Assembly: GCA_945901065.1 (NCBI GenBank)
Contig: CAMDKI010000004.1
Span: forward strand, 331,830 to 395,829
Length of the DNA: 64,000 nt
Direction of reading: 5' to 3'
Source: Chitinophaga pinensis
GTDB taxonomy: Bacteria; Bacteroidota; Bacteroidia; Chitinophagales; CAIOSU01
The notes below the pieces were generated by a model. That model saw only the letters and a program-made list of their open reading frames with translations, searched no databases and was not told where the DNA came from. The translations under genes were made by a program, and so were the position numbers. This document shows positions 45,490 through 55,981 of the stretch, piece after piece. Numbering within the stretch: position 1 is the stretch's first letter; each line of letters starts with the position of its first letter.

Positions 45490-45822
45490 ATGAATTGGCA
45501 GGAGTTGACTTCATTGTCCCAATGGGCCGAAGTGGTGAAGCTTTCCTGGCAAACACCTGTTGCGGTATTCAAACACAGCACTAGGTGCAGCATAAGCAGC
45601 ACGGCTAAAATCCGTTTGGAAAGGGATTGGCAAGGAAACGAGCCTAATTTTCCAGTCTTTTATTTGGATCTCATCGCACATAGAGATGTTTCCAACGCTA
45701 TTGCTATGGATACCAGCGTTGAGCATCAATCGCCTCAAATAATAATATTAAAAGAGGGCAAGTCCATTTATGACAGCTCGCACAATATGATAAATGCCCA
45801 GCGGGCTAAAGGATCTGTGTAA
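45490..45822 (+). CDS. YtxJ-like thioredoxin-fold protein (DUF2847, bacillithiol-system type)
   Basis: 110 aa with a single-Cys motif FKHSTRCSIS at the position of the TCPIS-type motif. Confidence 0.7.
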   Translation: MNWQELTSLSQWAEVVKLSWQTPVAVFKHSTRCSISSTAKIRLERDWQGNEPNFPVFYLDLIAHRDVSNAIAMDTSVEHQSPQIIILKEGKSIYDSSHNMINAQRAKGSV

Positions 45823-46015
45823 GATTGCTTTGTCGCTGGGTTTTGTGTTTACCCTTCTTTACTTCAGCTTAATATCTTTCTTTTGGTACTGTAAGTATCT
45901 GAAATATACAACCAAAGTGTCTTTCTCTTAGATAAGCCTCCTCATTATCAATTATTTATTGCCCTACCTTTATTCTCGATAAAATATTTTCATTGCACGC
46001 TCGTCAGTAGTTGTA

Positions 46016-46597
46016 ATGGAACACGTCACCACAACCACAATGGCCAATAAGGACACCGAAATAGCGGGAGTATTCAACTCAATGAGGGGCCAACTGATGC
46101 GTTTTATTCGCCAACGAGTGCGGGTGGCTGAAGATGCTGAAGATATACTGCAAGATGTTTTCTCTCAGTTTGTTGAGGTATACCGAACTATTGAAGGAAT
46201 TGATAAAACTGGAGCTTGGTTATATACCGTTGCCCGAAATAAGATTATAGACAAGAGCCGTAAGAAAAAACCTGAAACGTTTAGTAACCTGATTTTTAGT
46301 GGTGCCGATGACGAGGATGGCGATGGCCCGAGCCTTGAGGACTTAATACCCGACCTAAGTGGTATGCCTGATGAGCAGTATGCCCGAAACTTAATCATGA
46401 ACCGCATAGCTGAGGCTTTGGACGAATTGCCCGTAGAACAACGGCAAGTATTTGTATGGCACGAGTTTGAGGACAAAAGCTTTAAAGAGATAGCAGAAGA
46501 AACAGGTGTAACCGTTAACACCGCATTGAGCCGCAAGCACTATGCCGTGAGATACCTGCGCCTAAGGCTGCAAGATTTATATGATGAGTTAGCTTGA
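46016..46597 (+). CDS. RNA polymerase ECF-type sigma-70 factor
   Basis: Region 2 (DAEDILQDVF...WLYTVARNKIIDKSR) and region 4 (LPVEQRQVFVWHEFEDKSFKEIAEETGVTVNTALSRKHYA) are separated by an acidic linker. An alternative start exists at 46040. Confidence 0.85.
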   Translation: MEHVTTTTMANKDTEIAGVFNSMRGQLMRFIRQRVRVAEDAEDILQDVFSQFVEVYRTIEGIDKTGAWLYTVARNKIIDKSRKKKPETFSNLIFSGADDEDGDGPSLEDLIPDLSGMPDEQYARNLIMNRIAEALDELPVEQRQVFVWHEFEDKSFKEIAEETGVTVNTALSRKHYAVRYLRLRLQDLYDELA

Positions 46598-46600
46598 TTT

Positions 46601-46677
46601 TAGTAACTAGTGACTAGGAAATAGTTACTAGCAAAGTAAAACGAAACTCACTAGTCACCACTTACTGTCTACTAATA
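46601..46677. repeat. 11-unit heptamer-periodic tract with internal inverted symmetry
   Basis: The units read tagtaac tagtgac taggaaa tagttac tagcaaa gtaaaac gaaactc actagtc accactt actgtct actaata. gtgactag (46610-17) is complementary to ctagtcac (46651-58). Confidence 0.75.
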
Positions 46678-46688
46678 ATTAGAAAGAA

Positions 46689-46991
46689 ATGAAAATACTT
46701 CGTGTCATATTTTTTGGTTTGGTGTTTATTGCTGCTATGGGGTTTTTGACAACCACCCTTTGGAACTGGTTGATACCTACTTTGTTCAACGGCCCGAAGA
46801 TAATATTTGCCCAAGCCCTTGGCTTAATGCTACTAGGCCGACTACTGGTAGGTGGTTGGGGCAAAGGTAGCAGCAATGGCTGCTCTCACGACGACAATGC
46901 CTGGAAGGCCAAGTGGAAGGCCCGAGTAACCGGAATGAGTGAGGAAGAAAAAGAGGCCTTCAAAAAGCGCTTTTGTGATAAGTGGGATTAA
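46689..46991 (+). CDS. small membrane protein downstream of the ECF sigma (possible partner or anti-sigma-like)
   Basis: 100 aa with two hydrophobic helices followed by a charged tail (WKAKWKARVTGMSEEEKEAFKKRF). I recognised no family. Confidence 0.5.
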   Translation: MKILRVIFFGLVFIAAMGFLTTTLWNWLIPTLFNGPKIIFAQALGLMLLGRLLVGGWGKGSSNGCSHDDNAWKAKWKARVTGMSEEEKEAFKKRFCDKWD

Positions 46992-47039
46992 CGGATAGAT
47001 TTTAAATTTTAGCTCAATCGATAATATAAGTTCAGGTAC

Positions 47040-50000
47040 TTAAAACGCCCTGCTCACCCCAATTACAAATCTAAACTGCACATTGTCTTCCCCAATAGGT
47101 GAATGACTTAGGTAGAACGGCACATCGAAACGAAGCGTAAACGGCTTAACCGTTTCAAGAGGGCCAAACTTCTTAATAGTGAGCGCTAATCCTGCACCGG
47201 CATCCATCCGCAGGTTACTGAATATTTTTTCGCCAGCATCAGTATCAAACACTATCATACCAGCATCGCCAAAAAGGTAAGTATCCAGTTTAAAGTACTT
47301 ACTGAGCTTTTTGGGCTGCCATTTTACCAATTCATCAAAGTCTAACTCTAGATTAACAGCTCCCCCACTCTGGCCTTTGTAGGCTCTGAAGGTTTTACCG
47401 CCATCTTCTTCAACTACATAATAGCCAGCATAGCCACGTAGGTTTAGCCCACCACCCTGCTGAAAGTGATTAGTGCCTGCACCATAGCTACCAACCCAAG
47501 TAGGCGGCACGTAGCCTATACTGCGCGTAAGTGGTTGGCCCATCAATTCCTCAGGGTTGGCACCAGCCAAAAACAACGCCGACTCAGGTGCTTGGTTGCT
47601 ACCAGTACCTGCACGCACAAAGGCACGGCTATGCAATTCAAACCTCCATAATTTGGTATGGTTTATGGCAGTTGTAGTAAGATAATGGTAGTCAAAATCA
47701 GACAGCAAAGCCGAACTGCGCAAGGTTGCGTTGATGGTACCATTGCCTTTAGGGTAATTGTATTTGTGGTCCCACTCTAAGTTTATAGAAGTATTCCATT
47801 TACCTGATTGCCATTCGCTGGGGTACAGCAATTGGTTCAATTTATTATCATTTGGGCGATTAAACATTTTAGCATAAAGCGTTAATGTTGAATTTTTTAG
47901 AACACCTTGACTCAAGCCAAACTTGTATAGTTCCAATCCATCCCAATACTCGCTATAATAGAAAGCCGAAAGCTTCTTTACATACTTATCGAGCTTAGTA
48001 TCGTACGAGAAATAGTAGTTGAACTTATCATACCCCTTCTTATCGGCATCAGCAAAATTGAACCTATCGGGGCTGCCTTGCAACAGGTTGCCTGTTGGTG
48101 CTAACACACTAAAACTTACCTGGTGCCTACCGGCTATGTAGCCGCTGTTATAATGTAGTCCAATTTTAAGCCCATCGTAAGCATTCCACCAAAGGGCGGG
48201 GCGCAACTTAACGTCGTATTCCGTCCACCGAGCGCGGTTGTATATTTTATGATCAAACGATACAACAAAGGGCACCTTATTACTATTATTCAGCATATTC
48301 ACGTCTGCCAATCGGTATGTAGGGTCAATATGTACATTTTTTATTTTGCTCGATAACGTTACAGTTGCAGTATACTCTGGCTGCAGATTGTTATCCCAGC
48401 CTATCCAGCGCGGCAGTATGGTTGCGTCCGTTTCCTTCTCAAACCAAGTATTGGGTATATAGTACTTGCTGGTATCGCCTTCGGTAGTAATTACTGTAAA
48501 ATCGATTGGCATTTGCATCAAACCTTCGCGTTTAAAAGTTATCTCATATACCTCTTTACCATCCTCAGTGGCTTTGTGCTTCACTTTACTAACGCTATAA
48601 TCAATGTTCTTAGTTGTTTCTAGCCATTGGTCAAAAAACCAGTTCAGGTCAGTGTGCGTGTAATGGATAAAGCTATTGCGTAAGTCTTCAAAGTAAGGGT
48701 GCGCGTAGCTATACTCATTAAAGTAGTTCTTCATGGCATTTTGGAAAAGCGTATCGCCCAGGACATATTGCAAGTTATAAAGCATTACCGCTGTTTTGCT
48801 ATATACATGACGGTAGCCTCCACCCTGCCCTAGCGCGCCGCTAAAGCCATCAGAGTGGGTATTCAACTGCGCATCGGCCTCGTTTATGGCATCGTACAAG
48901 TAACTGTCATATGCCCTTGTATTTCTTGCCAAATCAGGCTTTTTGAATTTGGCCTTATACTTTTTCATTTTACCCATTGGCACTTCCGGCCCATCCAACC
49001 TTTCTTGCGCCCAAACGGTTAAAAACTGCGTAAATCCCTCATCCAGTGCTGCCCTATAAGTCTCATTGTTGCCTACCATGCCATAAAACCAGTTATGTCC
49101 CACCTCATGCGCAATAAGTCCTTTATTGCTCGGAAATGAGCCACCACAAAGCGTTAGCATGGGGTATTCCATGCCATCACGGGCATCGGCTACGATCATT
49201 TTTGGGTAGCCATACATACCAAAATCGTTTGAAAACAACTCCACTACATCGGCAGTATACTGGGCTACCTTTTGCCAGCCAGATGCATGTCCTTCCTCAA
49301 CTAGTGCAATGCACTTAATTCCGTTCCATTCTGCTTCGCCAATGCGGTATGTTGGGTCGGCAGTAAAAGCAACATTGTGCACGTTTTCGGCGTGAAATTT
49401 CCATGTTTTACGCTGCGTACTATCGTATGGAGTAATAATACTAGCCTTTTCGCCCCAAGGTTTTTTGGCAAAGTTCTTAATGTCCAGCTTTTCCCTAAGG
49501 CTGTCAGGCAGCACCTCGCTCCTATTCAATAAGTTTCCTGTAGCTTCAACCACATAATTGCTAGCAAAGGTTAGTTCCAAATCGTAGGTGCCAAAGTCGG
49601 CATAAAACTCACGATTTAAGTGTTGGTCGGTAGTCCAGCCAAACTTAGCATCGTACACCGAAACGCGCGGATACCAATGCACGCCGTTATAATGTTTGTG
49701 CTCCCCGTCAACCAAGTAATATTTCATGCGTCGGCGCATACTACCTTCGTCAAAATAGGTTTTGAAATCTAAGCTGAACTCTTTCGCGGCACCAGGCATA
49801 ATTGGTTCATCCAAATACACCTTCATTATGGTGTTGTCCGTCTCCGTTTTCAATACTTTACCGTTGCTTTTTAGGTTGCTCACGGTAGTACCCAAACCTT
49901 CGGCCTCGTAATGACCAAAAGTTGATTTTACATGGTTGTGATTGGTCAAATCATCCAAATAACTGCATGGTTGAAAAGCATTTTGATACAAATGGAAGAA

Positions 50001-50285
50001 AACGTAGGTAAGTGTATCAGGCGAATTGTTCCAATAAGTAAGCTCAAGCGAACCCGTGATAATATCCGTTCTTTCATCTACATCTGCCTTAATGTTGTAG
50101 TACACATCCTGCTGCCAATAGTTTGGGTGTGGCATTTTATTCTTCCAATAATGAGGGTTGTCGGGATGCTGAAAAGTGTTGGGTTTTTGTAGTGGGTCGT
50201 AGCCTACTTTGCTTTGGGCTGATACCTGAAGAAAGCTGGAAGTAAGGAACGCAAAAAAACCTATTAAAATAAATTTAATTGACAT
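47040..50285 (-). CDS. M1-family zinc metallopeptidase fused to a C-terminal outer-membrane beta-barrel-like domain
   Basis: The start is taken at MSIKFILIGFFAFLTSSFLQVSAQ (signal peptide). It has a DGMEYP exopeptidase-type motif and HEVGH-x18-E. The roughly 400-aa C-terminal region has alternating beta-strand character and ends ...FRFVIGVSRAF (terminal aromatic residue). Confidence 0.8.
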   Translation of the reverse strand: MSIKFILIGFFAFLTSSFLQVSAQSKVGYDPLQKPNTFQHPDNPHYWKNKMPHPNYWQQDVYYNIKADVDERTDIITGSLELTYWNNSPDTLTYVFFHLYQNAFQPCSYLDDLTNHNHVKSTFGHYEAEGLGTTVSNLKSNGKVLKTETDNTIMKVYLDEPIMPGAAKEFSLDFKTYFDEGSMRRRMKYYLVDGEHKHYNGVHWYPRVSVYDAKFGWTTDQHLNREFYADFGTYDLELTFASNYVVEATGNLLNRSEVLPDSLREKLDIKNFAKKPWGEKASIITPYDSTQRKTWKFHAENVHNVAFTADPTYRIGEAEWNGIKCIALVEEGHASGWQKVAQYTADVVELFSNDFGMYGYPKMIVADARDGMEYPMLTLCGGSFPSNKGLIAHEVGHNWFYGMVGNNETYRAALDEGFTQFLTVWAQERLDGPEVPMGKMKKYKAKFKKPDLARNTRAYDSYLYDAINEADAQLNTHSDGFSGALGQGGGYRHVYSKTAVMLYNLQYVLGDTLFQNAMKNYFNEYSYAHPYFEDLRNSFIHYTHTDLNWFFDQWLETTKNIDYSVSKVKHKATEDGKEVYEITFKREGLMQMPIDFTVITTEGDTSKYYIPNTWFEKETDATILPRWIGWDNNLQPEYTATVTLSSKIKNVHIDPTYRLADVNMLNNSNKVPFVVSFDHKIYNRARWTEYDVKLRPALWWNAYDGLKIGLHYNSGYIAGRHQVSFSVLAPTGNLLQGSPDRFNFADADKKGYDKFNYYFSYDTKLDKYVKKLSAFYYSEYWDGLELYKFGLSQGVLKNSTLTLYAKMFNRPNDNKLNQLLYPSEWQSGKWNTSINLEWDHKYNYPKGNGTINATLRSSALLSDFDYHYLTTTAINHTKLWRFELHSRAFVRAGTGSNQAPESALFLAGANPEELMGQPLTRSIGYVPPTWVGSYGAGTNHFQQGGGLNLRGYAGYYVVEEDGGKTFRAYKGQSGGAVNLELDFDELVKWQPKKLSKYFKLDTYLFGDAGMIVFDTDAGEKIFSNLRMDAGAGLALTIKKFGPLETVKPFTLRFDVPFYLSHSPIGEDNVQFRFVIGVSRAF

Positions 50286-50429
50286 AAAACGAGCTAATTG
50301 AAGGACTTGCAAATATAGGCAAATACGCCAACGAATAAAGTTCGCCAATCGAAAATAAAGGTCTACTTAATTTATAAATTGTACCGAACTTTGCAGAACA
50401 AATAAGCGCCCTTAACCTACCAAATTATT

Positions 50430-51452
50430 ATGGAACAGCTTTTTCTTCAGGCCAGTTCGGCTGATAGTAACCCACTAGTAAACACCTATTTTATAATTGG
50501 CTTCGTGATATTGATTGCCACCATGATGGTAATTGATTTAGGCGTGTTTAATAAACGAAGCCACACCATTAGCAATAAAGAAGCTTTGGTTTGGACCGGA
50601 ATATGGATAAGCCTAGCAGTAGTTTTCGGCATATTCGTTTATATGTTCATGGGCATAACTAAAGCCTCTGAATTTTACACTGCGTACCTTATAGAGGAGG
50701 CACTATCTATAGATAACTTGTTTGTGTTTATACTGGTTTTCGAATTTTTTAAGGTACCCGCGCAGTATCAACATAAGGTGTTGTTTTGGGGTATATTAGG
50801 AGCTATATTCTTCAGAGCCATATTTATATTTGCGGGTGCCCAGTTAATCCAATACACTTACATGCCCGATTTTATGCTGCTTGGGTATAAAATAGAAGAG
50901 TTTAATGTGTTGCTTACTATGTTCGGTTTGTTTTTGCTATATGCTGGCATAAAATCGGTAAGAAAGAGCGAAGATGAGGAACCCGATTTTTCGAAAGGCT
51001 TCGCCATAAGATTACTCAAAAAGGTAGTTCCGATTACCGAAACCTATGATGGTGGTAAATTCTTTACCATAGTAAATGGCAAAAGGGTTGCTACCTTGTT
51101 ATTTTTGGTTGTTGCAATAGTAGAAATTACGGACCTTATTTTTGCCGTAGATTCCATCCCTGCCATTTTTACCGTCTCTAGAGATCCTTTTATCTTATAC
51201 GCCTCCAATATTTTTGCCATTCTTGGATTACGTTCCATGTACTTTGTGTTGGCCAACTTCATGCACTTGTTTTCATACCTGAAATACGGATTGGCTTTTA
51301 TACTTTCGTTTATTGGCGTAAAAATGATAATTGCGCCAATTTACCACGTATCATCGCCGCTGTCACTTTCTATTGTTGCCTTGGCGCTTTTGCTCTCCGT
51401 TATTGCATCAGTTGTTTGGGGGCCAGAGAAAAAGGCGAATAACAATCATTGA
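50430..51452 (+). CDS. TerC family integral membrane protein
   Basis: 340 aa, multi-TM, with YLIEEALSIDNLFVF and FAVDSIPAIF motifs. Confidence 0.88.
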   Translation: MEQLFLQASSADSNPLVNTYFIIGFVILIATMMVIDLGVFNKRSHTISNKEALVWTGIWISLAVVFGIFVYMFMGITKASEFYTAYLIEEALSIDNLFVFILVFEFFKVPAQYQHKVLFWGILGAIFFRAIFIFAGAQLIQYTYMPDFMLLGYKIEEFNVLLTMFGLFLLYAGIKSVRKSEDEEPDFSKGFAIRLLKKVVPITETYDGGKFFTIVNGKRVATLLFLVVAIVEITDLIFAVDSIPAIFTVSRDPFILYASNIFAILGLRSMYFVLANFMHLFSYLKYGLAFILSFIGVKMIIAPIYHVSSPLSLSIVALALLLSVIASVVWGPEKKANNNH

Positions 51453-51637
51453 GGCTTTACTGGAGCGGCACTTTGTCGTTACAAATGGCTTTAGGTTTTG
51501 TGGGGTTTCATACATAGAAGTAGAAGTATTGAAGAATTCAACAAAAAGGCTAAAACACATCTACGCTTCAGCTGCATTCAATTCTGTGCTCCCTAAAACT
51601 TGATTTCAATATGCAAGCAATTGCAATCAAATCGGAT

Positions 51638-51665
51638 GACCATTGACTGTGGACTGTCGACCAAA
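51638..51665. repeat. short heptamer-periodic tract (GACNNNN)4
   Basis: The sequence gaccatt gactgtg gactgtc gaccaaa lies just upstream of the -7 box at 51671. Confidence 0.5.
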
Positions 51666-51670
51666 ATCCT

Positions 51671-51678
51671 TATCTTTG
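51671..51678 (+). promoter_or_regulatory. candidate -7 box TATCTTTG
   Basis: Exact TAnnTTTG match, 31 nt upstream of the ATG at 51710. Confidence 0.4.
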
Positions 51679-51703
51679 CAGTCTTAAACACGATAAGGAA
51701 TAA

Positions 51704-53335
<1,632 letters not shown>

Positions 53336-53377
53336 GTTACGGGTTACTAGTTGCGAGTTGCGAGTTGTGTGTTTCTA
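53336..53377. repeat. (GTTNNNN)6 heptamer tract, left arm of an inverted pair
   Basis: The sequence gttacgg gttacta gttgcga gttgcga gttgtgt gtttcta starts immediately after the ABC-F stop codon. Confidence 0.8.
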
Positions 53378-53405
53378 ACCGTAGTTTGAATGAGTAGCCC
53401 TATAA

Positions 53406-53413
53406 TACCTTTG
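53406..53413 (+). promoter_or_regulatory. candidate -7 box TACCTTTG for fbp
   Basis: Exact TAnnTTTG match located between the two inverted heptamer tracts, 84 nt upstream of the ATG at 53498. Confidence 0.35.
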
Positions 53414-53458
53414 TTTTTAGTTTAAACAGATTAATAGAACCAGTAGCTTTTCATTGAT

Positions 53459-53493
53459 TACCAACTCGTAACCCGTAACTCGAAACCCGCAAC
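53459..53493. repeat. (NNNNAAC)5 heptamer tract, right arm of the inverted pair
   Basis: The sequence taccaac tcgtaac ccgtaac tcgaaac ccgcaac has the reverse complement gttgcgg gtttcga gttacgg gttacga gttggta, which matches the left arm (13/14 over two units). Confidence 0.8.
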
Positions 53494-53497
53494 CAAA

Positions 53498-54517
53498 ATG
53501 TCTCGCACTCGCCAAATTGTTCTTGACGAATTTATTATCCAGAAGGAAAAGGACTTTCCATACGCTACCGGTGAACTTTCTGCTTTGCTTCGCGATATTG
53601 GCGTAGCGGCTAAGATTGTAAACCGCGAAGTAAACCGTGCCGGGCTTGCCGATATTCTAGGTCAGGCAGGTGCCGATAACGTACAAGGCGAGGCACAACA
53701 GAAGCTGGATGTATTGGCTAACAATACCTTCATCAACAGCCTTAAAACCAGTGGCGAATGCGCCGGCATTGCCAGCGAGGAAGACGAGGATATAATTTGT
53801 ATTGACGTAGATGGCGAGAAGGCCAAGTATGTAGTGGCTATGGACCCTTTGGATGGTTCATCGAATATTGACGTGAATGTTTCCATTGGTACTATTTTCT
53901 CGATATACCGCCGTTTGAGCGAAAAATGCCCATGCACACACGGCGACTTTTTGCAAAAAGGTCGTGAGCAAGTTGCAGCTGGTTATGTTATTTATGGCTC
54001 AAGCACCATGTTGGTTTATACTACCGGTAATGGCGTAAACGGTTTTACCCTTGACCCTAGTATCGGTGAATTCTACCTCTCCCACCCAGATATTAAAATA
54101 CCATCGAAGGGCAGTATATATTCTATCAATCAAGGTGGTTACACCAAATTTCCTAAAGGGGTGCAAGCATACCTTGATTATTGCCAAGGGCTTGATGGTA
54201 ACAACGATAAGCCATACAGCTTGCGCTACATCGGTTCTATGGTTGCCGATTTGCACCGCAACCTTATAAAGGGCGGTATCTTTATATACCCATCAACTGC
54301 CGATGCTCCCAAGGGTAAATTGCGCTTACTTTACGAGTGCAACCCAATGGCGTTTATTGTAGAGCAGGCTGGCGGCAAAGCCACTACAGGTAAAGTGAAT
54401 ATTTTGGACCTACAGCCAACCGAACTGCACGAGCGCACGCCTATCTTCATAGGCAACAAAGAGATGGTAGAAAAAGCAGAAGCGATGTTGGTGCAGTATG
54501 GGCAGGCTGCAGTATAA
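53498..54517 (+). CDS. fbp: class 1 fructose-1,6-bisphosphatase
   Basis: 339 aa with [11 protein letters not shown] and [21 protein letters not shown] motifs. Confidence 0.93.
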   Translation: MSRTRQIVLDEFIIQKEKDFPYATGELSALLRDIGVAAKIVNREVNRAGLADILGQAGADNVQGEAQQKLDVLANNTFINSLKTSGECAGIASEEDEDIICIDVDGEKAKYVVAMDPLDGSSNIDVNVSIGTIFSIYRRLSEKCPCTHGDFLQKGREQVAAGYVIYGSSTMLVYTTGNGVNGFTLDPSIGEFYLSHPDIKIPSKGSIYSINQGGYTKFPKGVQAYLDYCQGLDGNNDKPYSLRYIGSMVADLHRNLIKGGIFIYPSTADAPKGKLRLLYECNPMAFIVEQAGGKATTGKVNILDLQPTELHERTPIFIGNKEMVEKAEAMLVQYGQAAV

Positions 54518-54548
54518 GGTTGTTTGCTTTTAAATTCTCGTTATAGCC

Positions 54549-55028
54549 TTATCGGTCTTTCCAAGCCTCCAACAAATCTTTGCTCATTTTAAAGTGAGTT
54601 ATGGTTACTTCCATAAACTCATCACCTATAATTTTATATCCTTGCTTTAGATAAAACGGCACAGCCGATTTACGAGCGTGCATTTCCATGTGCTTATAGC
54701 CTAAATCAAGTGCATAAGCCTCTGAAAATTCTACCAACTTGGCACCAATACCAGCTCCTTGATATTGCTCATCTACCGCAACTTGCCTCATTTTTATGTA
54801 TCCCTTTTCGGCCGGAGTAAGCATTAGAGTGGCCATTACTATCGAATCGGTATAGTATATTATGTGTATATCCTTGTCTTCGGCCAATAGCTGCTCCCTT
54901 GTATAATTTAGCCCCAGCGGCTCTCGCAGTACTGCATATCGCAAGTCTACTGCATGCCAATAATTAGAGCTACCATGAGCCACTACGCTAATGTATCTAT
55001 GGCCTTTTAGTTTATGTACGTAGTGCAT
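54549..55028 (-). CDS. GNAT family N-acetyltransferase
   Basis: 159 aa with the acetyl-CoA-binding motif QVAVDEQYQGAGIGAKLV. Confidence 0.85.
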   Translation of the reverse strand: MHYVHKLKGHRYISVVAHGSSNYWHAVDLRYAVLREPLGLNYTREQLLAEDKDIHIIYYTDSIVMATLMLTPAEKGYIKMRQVAVDEQYQGAGIGAKLVEFSEAYALDLGYKHMEMHARKSAVPFYLKQGYKIIGDEFMEVTITHFKMSKDLLEAWKDR

Positions 55029-55095
55029 TTTCTGTAGGGTTTTTCAAACGCTAATATAATAGCTATTTTTATCGTTGTAATAGAAACTGACAGCT

Positions 55096-55971
55096 ATGAA
55101 TATGAAAATACAATCGGTATTAGTACTATCAATAATGCTTGTATTGTCGTTATCCTCTTGCAAAAAAGATGACAAAAACAATAATAACAATACTGATGGG
55201 CCGATGCTACGGTTTAAGTTTGTGCTCGACCCTACGCAACAACGCTTAGGTAATCTTGGCGCACCTGCCGCTATGCCTGCAGGTCATGCAGGCCAAAACC
55301 CACAGTTTAATGGTATTAGCGCTCACTATCTGGAACTGGCACCTACTCAATACACCCTTTTAGGTGCAGGAACAGTTTTATTTATGAACGAAGAAACCAC
55401 TGCAGGAGGAAGTAAGGCCATCGTGTTTGATAAGGAAATCATCAAAAACAACGGAGAGGTGTTTTTAGAAGTACCTATCAAAGATGTTATCCCGGGTAGC
55501 TACGAGTGGCTTAGGGTTTCGCTTGCATACCAGAATTACAATGTACAATTCGATGCACTTGGCTCCACTTTTACGGGCACTTTAGCTTCGTTTGTGGGCT
55601 ACAACACTTACGTAGAAAGTTATAAAATTAAAGATAGCACGGTGGTAGTAAATGGCAATAAGGCACAAGGCTACTGGGGGTTTGAGACAATATACACAGT
55701 GAACACCGGTCAAGCGCCTGCCACAACTGTACCGAATCCAATTCAAGCAACCTCCCCTATTCCGCTTAACTCATGTGTAGTTACTGGCGGTTTTGCTCAA
55801 CCTTTTGTTATAACTGGTAGCGAAACCGAAGATGTTACAGTACTAGTATCGTTATCTACTAATAAAAGCTTTGAGTGGGAAGACTTAAACGGTGACAATA
55901 CCTGGGACCCACTTGATGGGGAAAATGTAGTAGATATGGGTCTTAGGGGTCTAGAACCTAGAATTGAATAA
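55096..55971 (+). CDS. hypothetical lipoprotein
   Basis: 291 aa with lipobox LSLSSC followed by a poly-Asn linker. I recognised no catalytic motif. Confidence 0.6.
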   Translation: MNMKIQSVLVLSIMLVLSLSSCKKDDKNNNNNTDGPMLRFKFVLDPTQQRLGNLGAPAAMPAGHAGQNPQFNGISAHYLELAPTQYTLLGAGTVLFMNEETTAGGSKAIVFDKEIIKNNGEVFLEVPIKDVIPGSYEWLRVSLAYQNYNVQFDALGSTFTGTLASFVGYNTYVESYKIKDSTVVVNGNKAQGYWGFETIYTVNTGQAPATTVPNPIQATSPIPLNSCVVTGGFAQPFVITGSETEDVTVLVSLSTNKSFEWEDLNGDNTWDPLDGENVVDMGLRGLEPRIE

Positions 55972-55981
55972 TTGATGCCGA

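Noticed and set aside
50286-50429. yybP-ykoY (manganese) riboswitch upstream of the TerC-family gene
   Set aside because: The leader is short, and I could not find the conserved G-rich four-way-junction sequences of that riboswitch class. A covariance-model scan would settle the question.
51331-51603. 90-aa ORF overlapping the 3' end of terC
   Set aside because: It overlaps a well-supported gene in another frame, has no motifs, and continues into AT-rich intergenic DNA.
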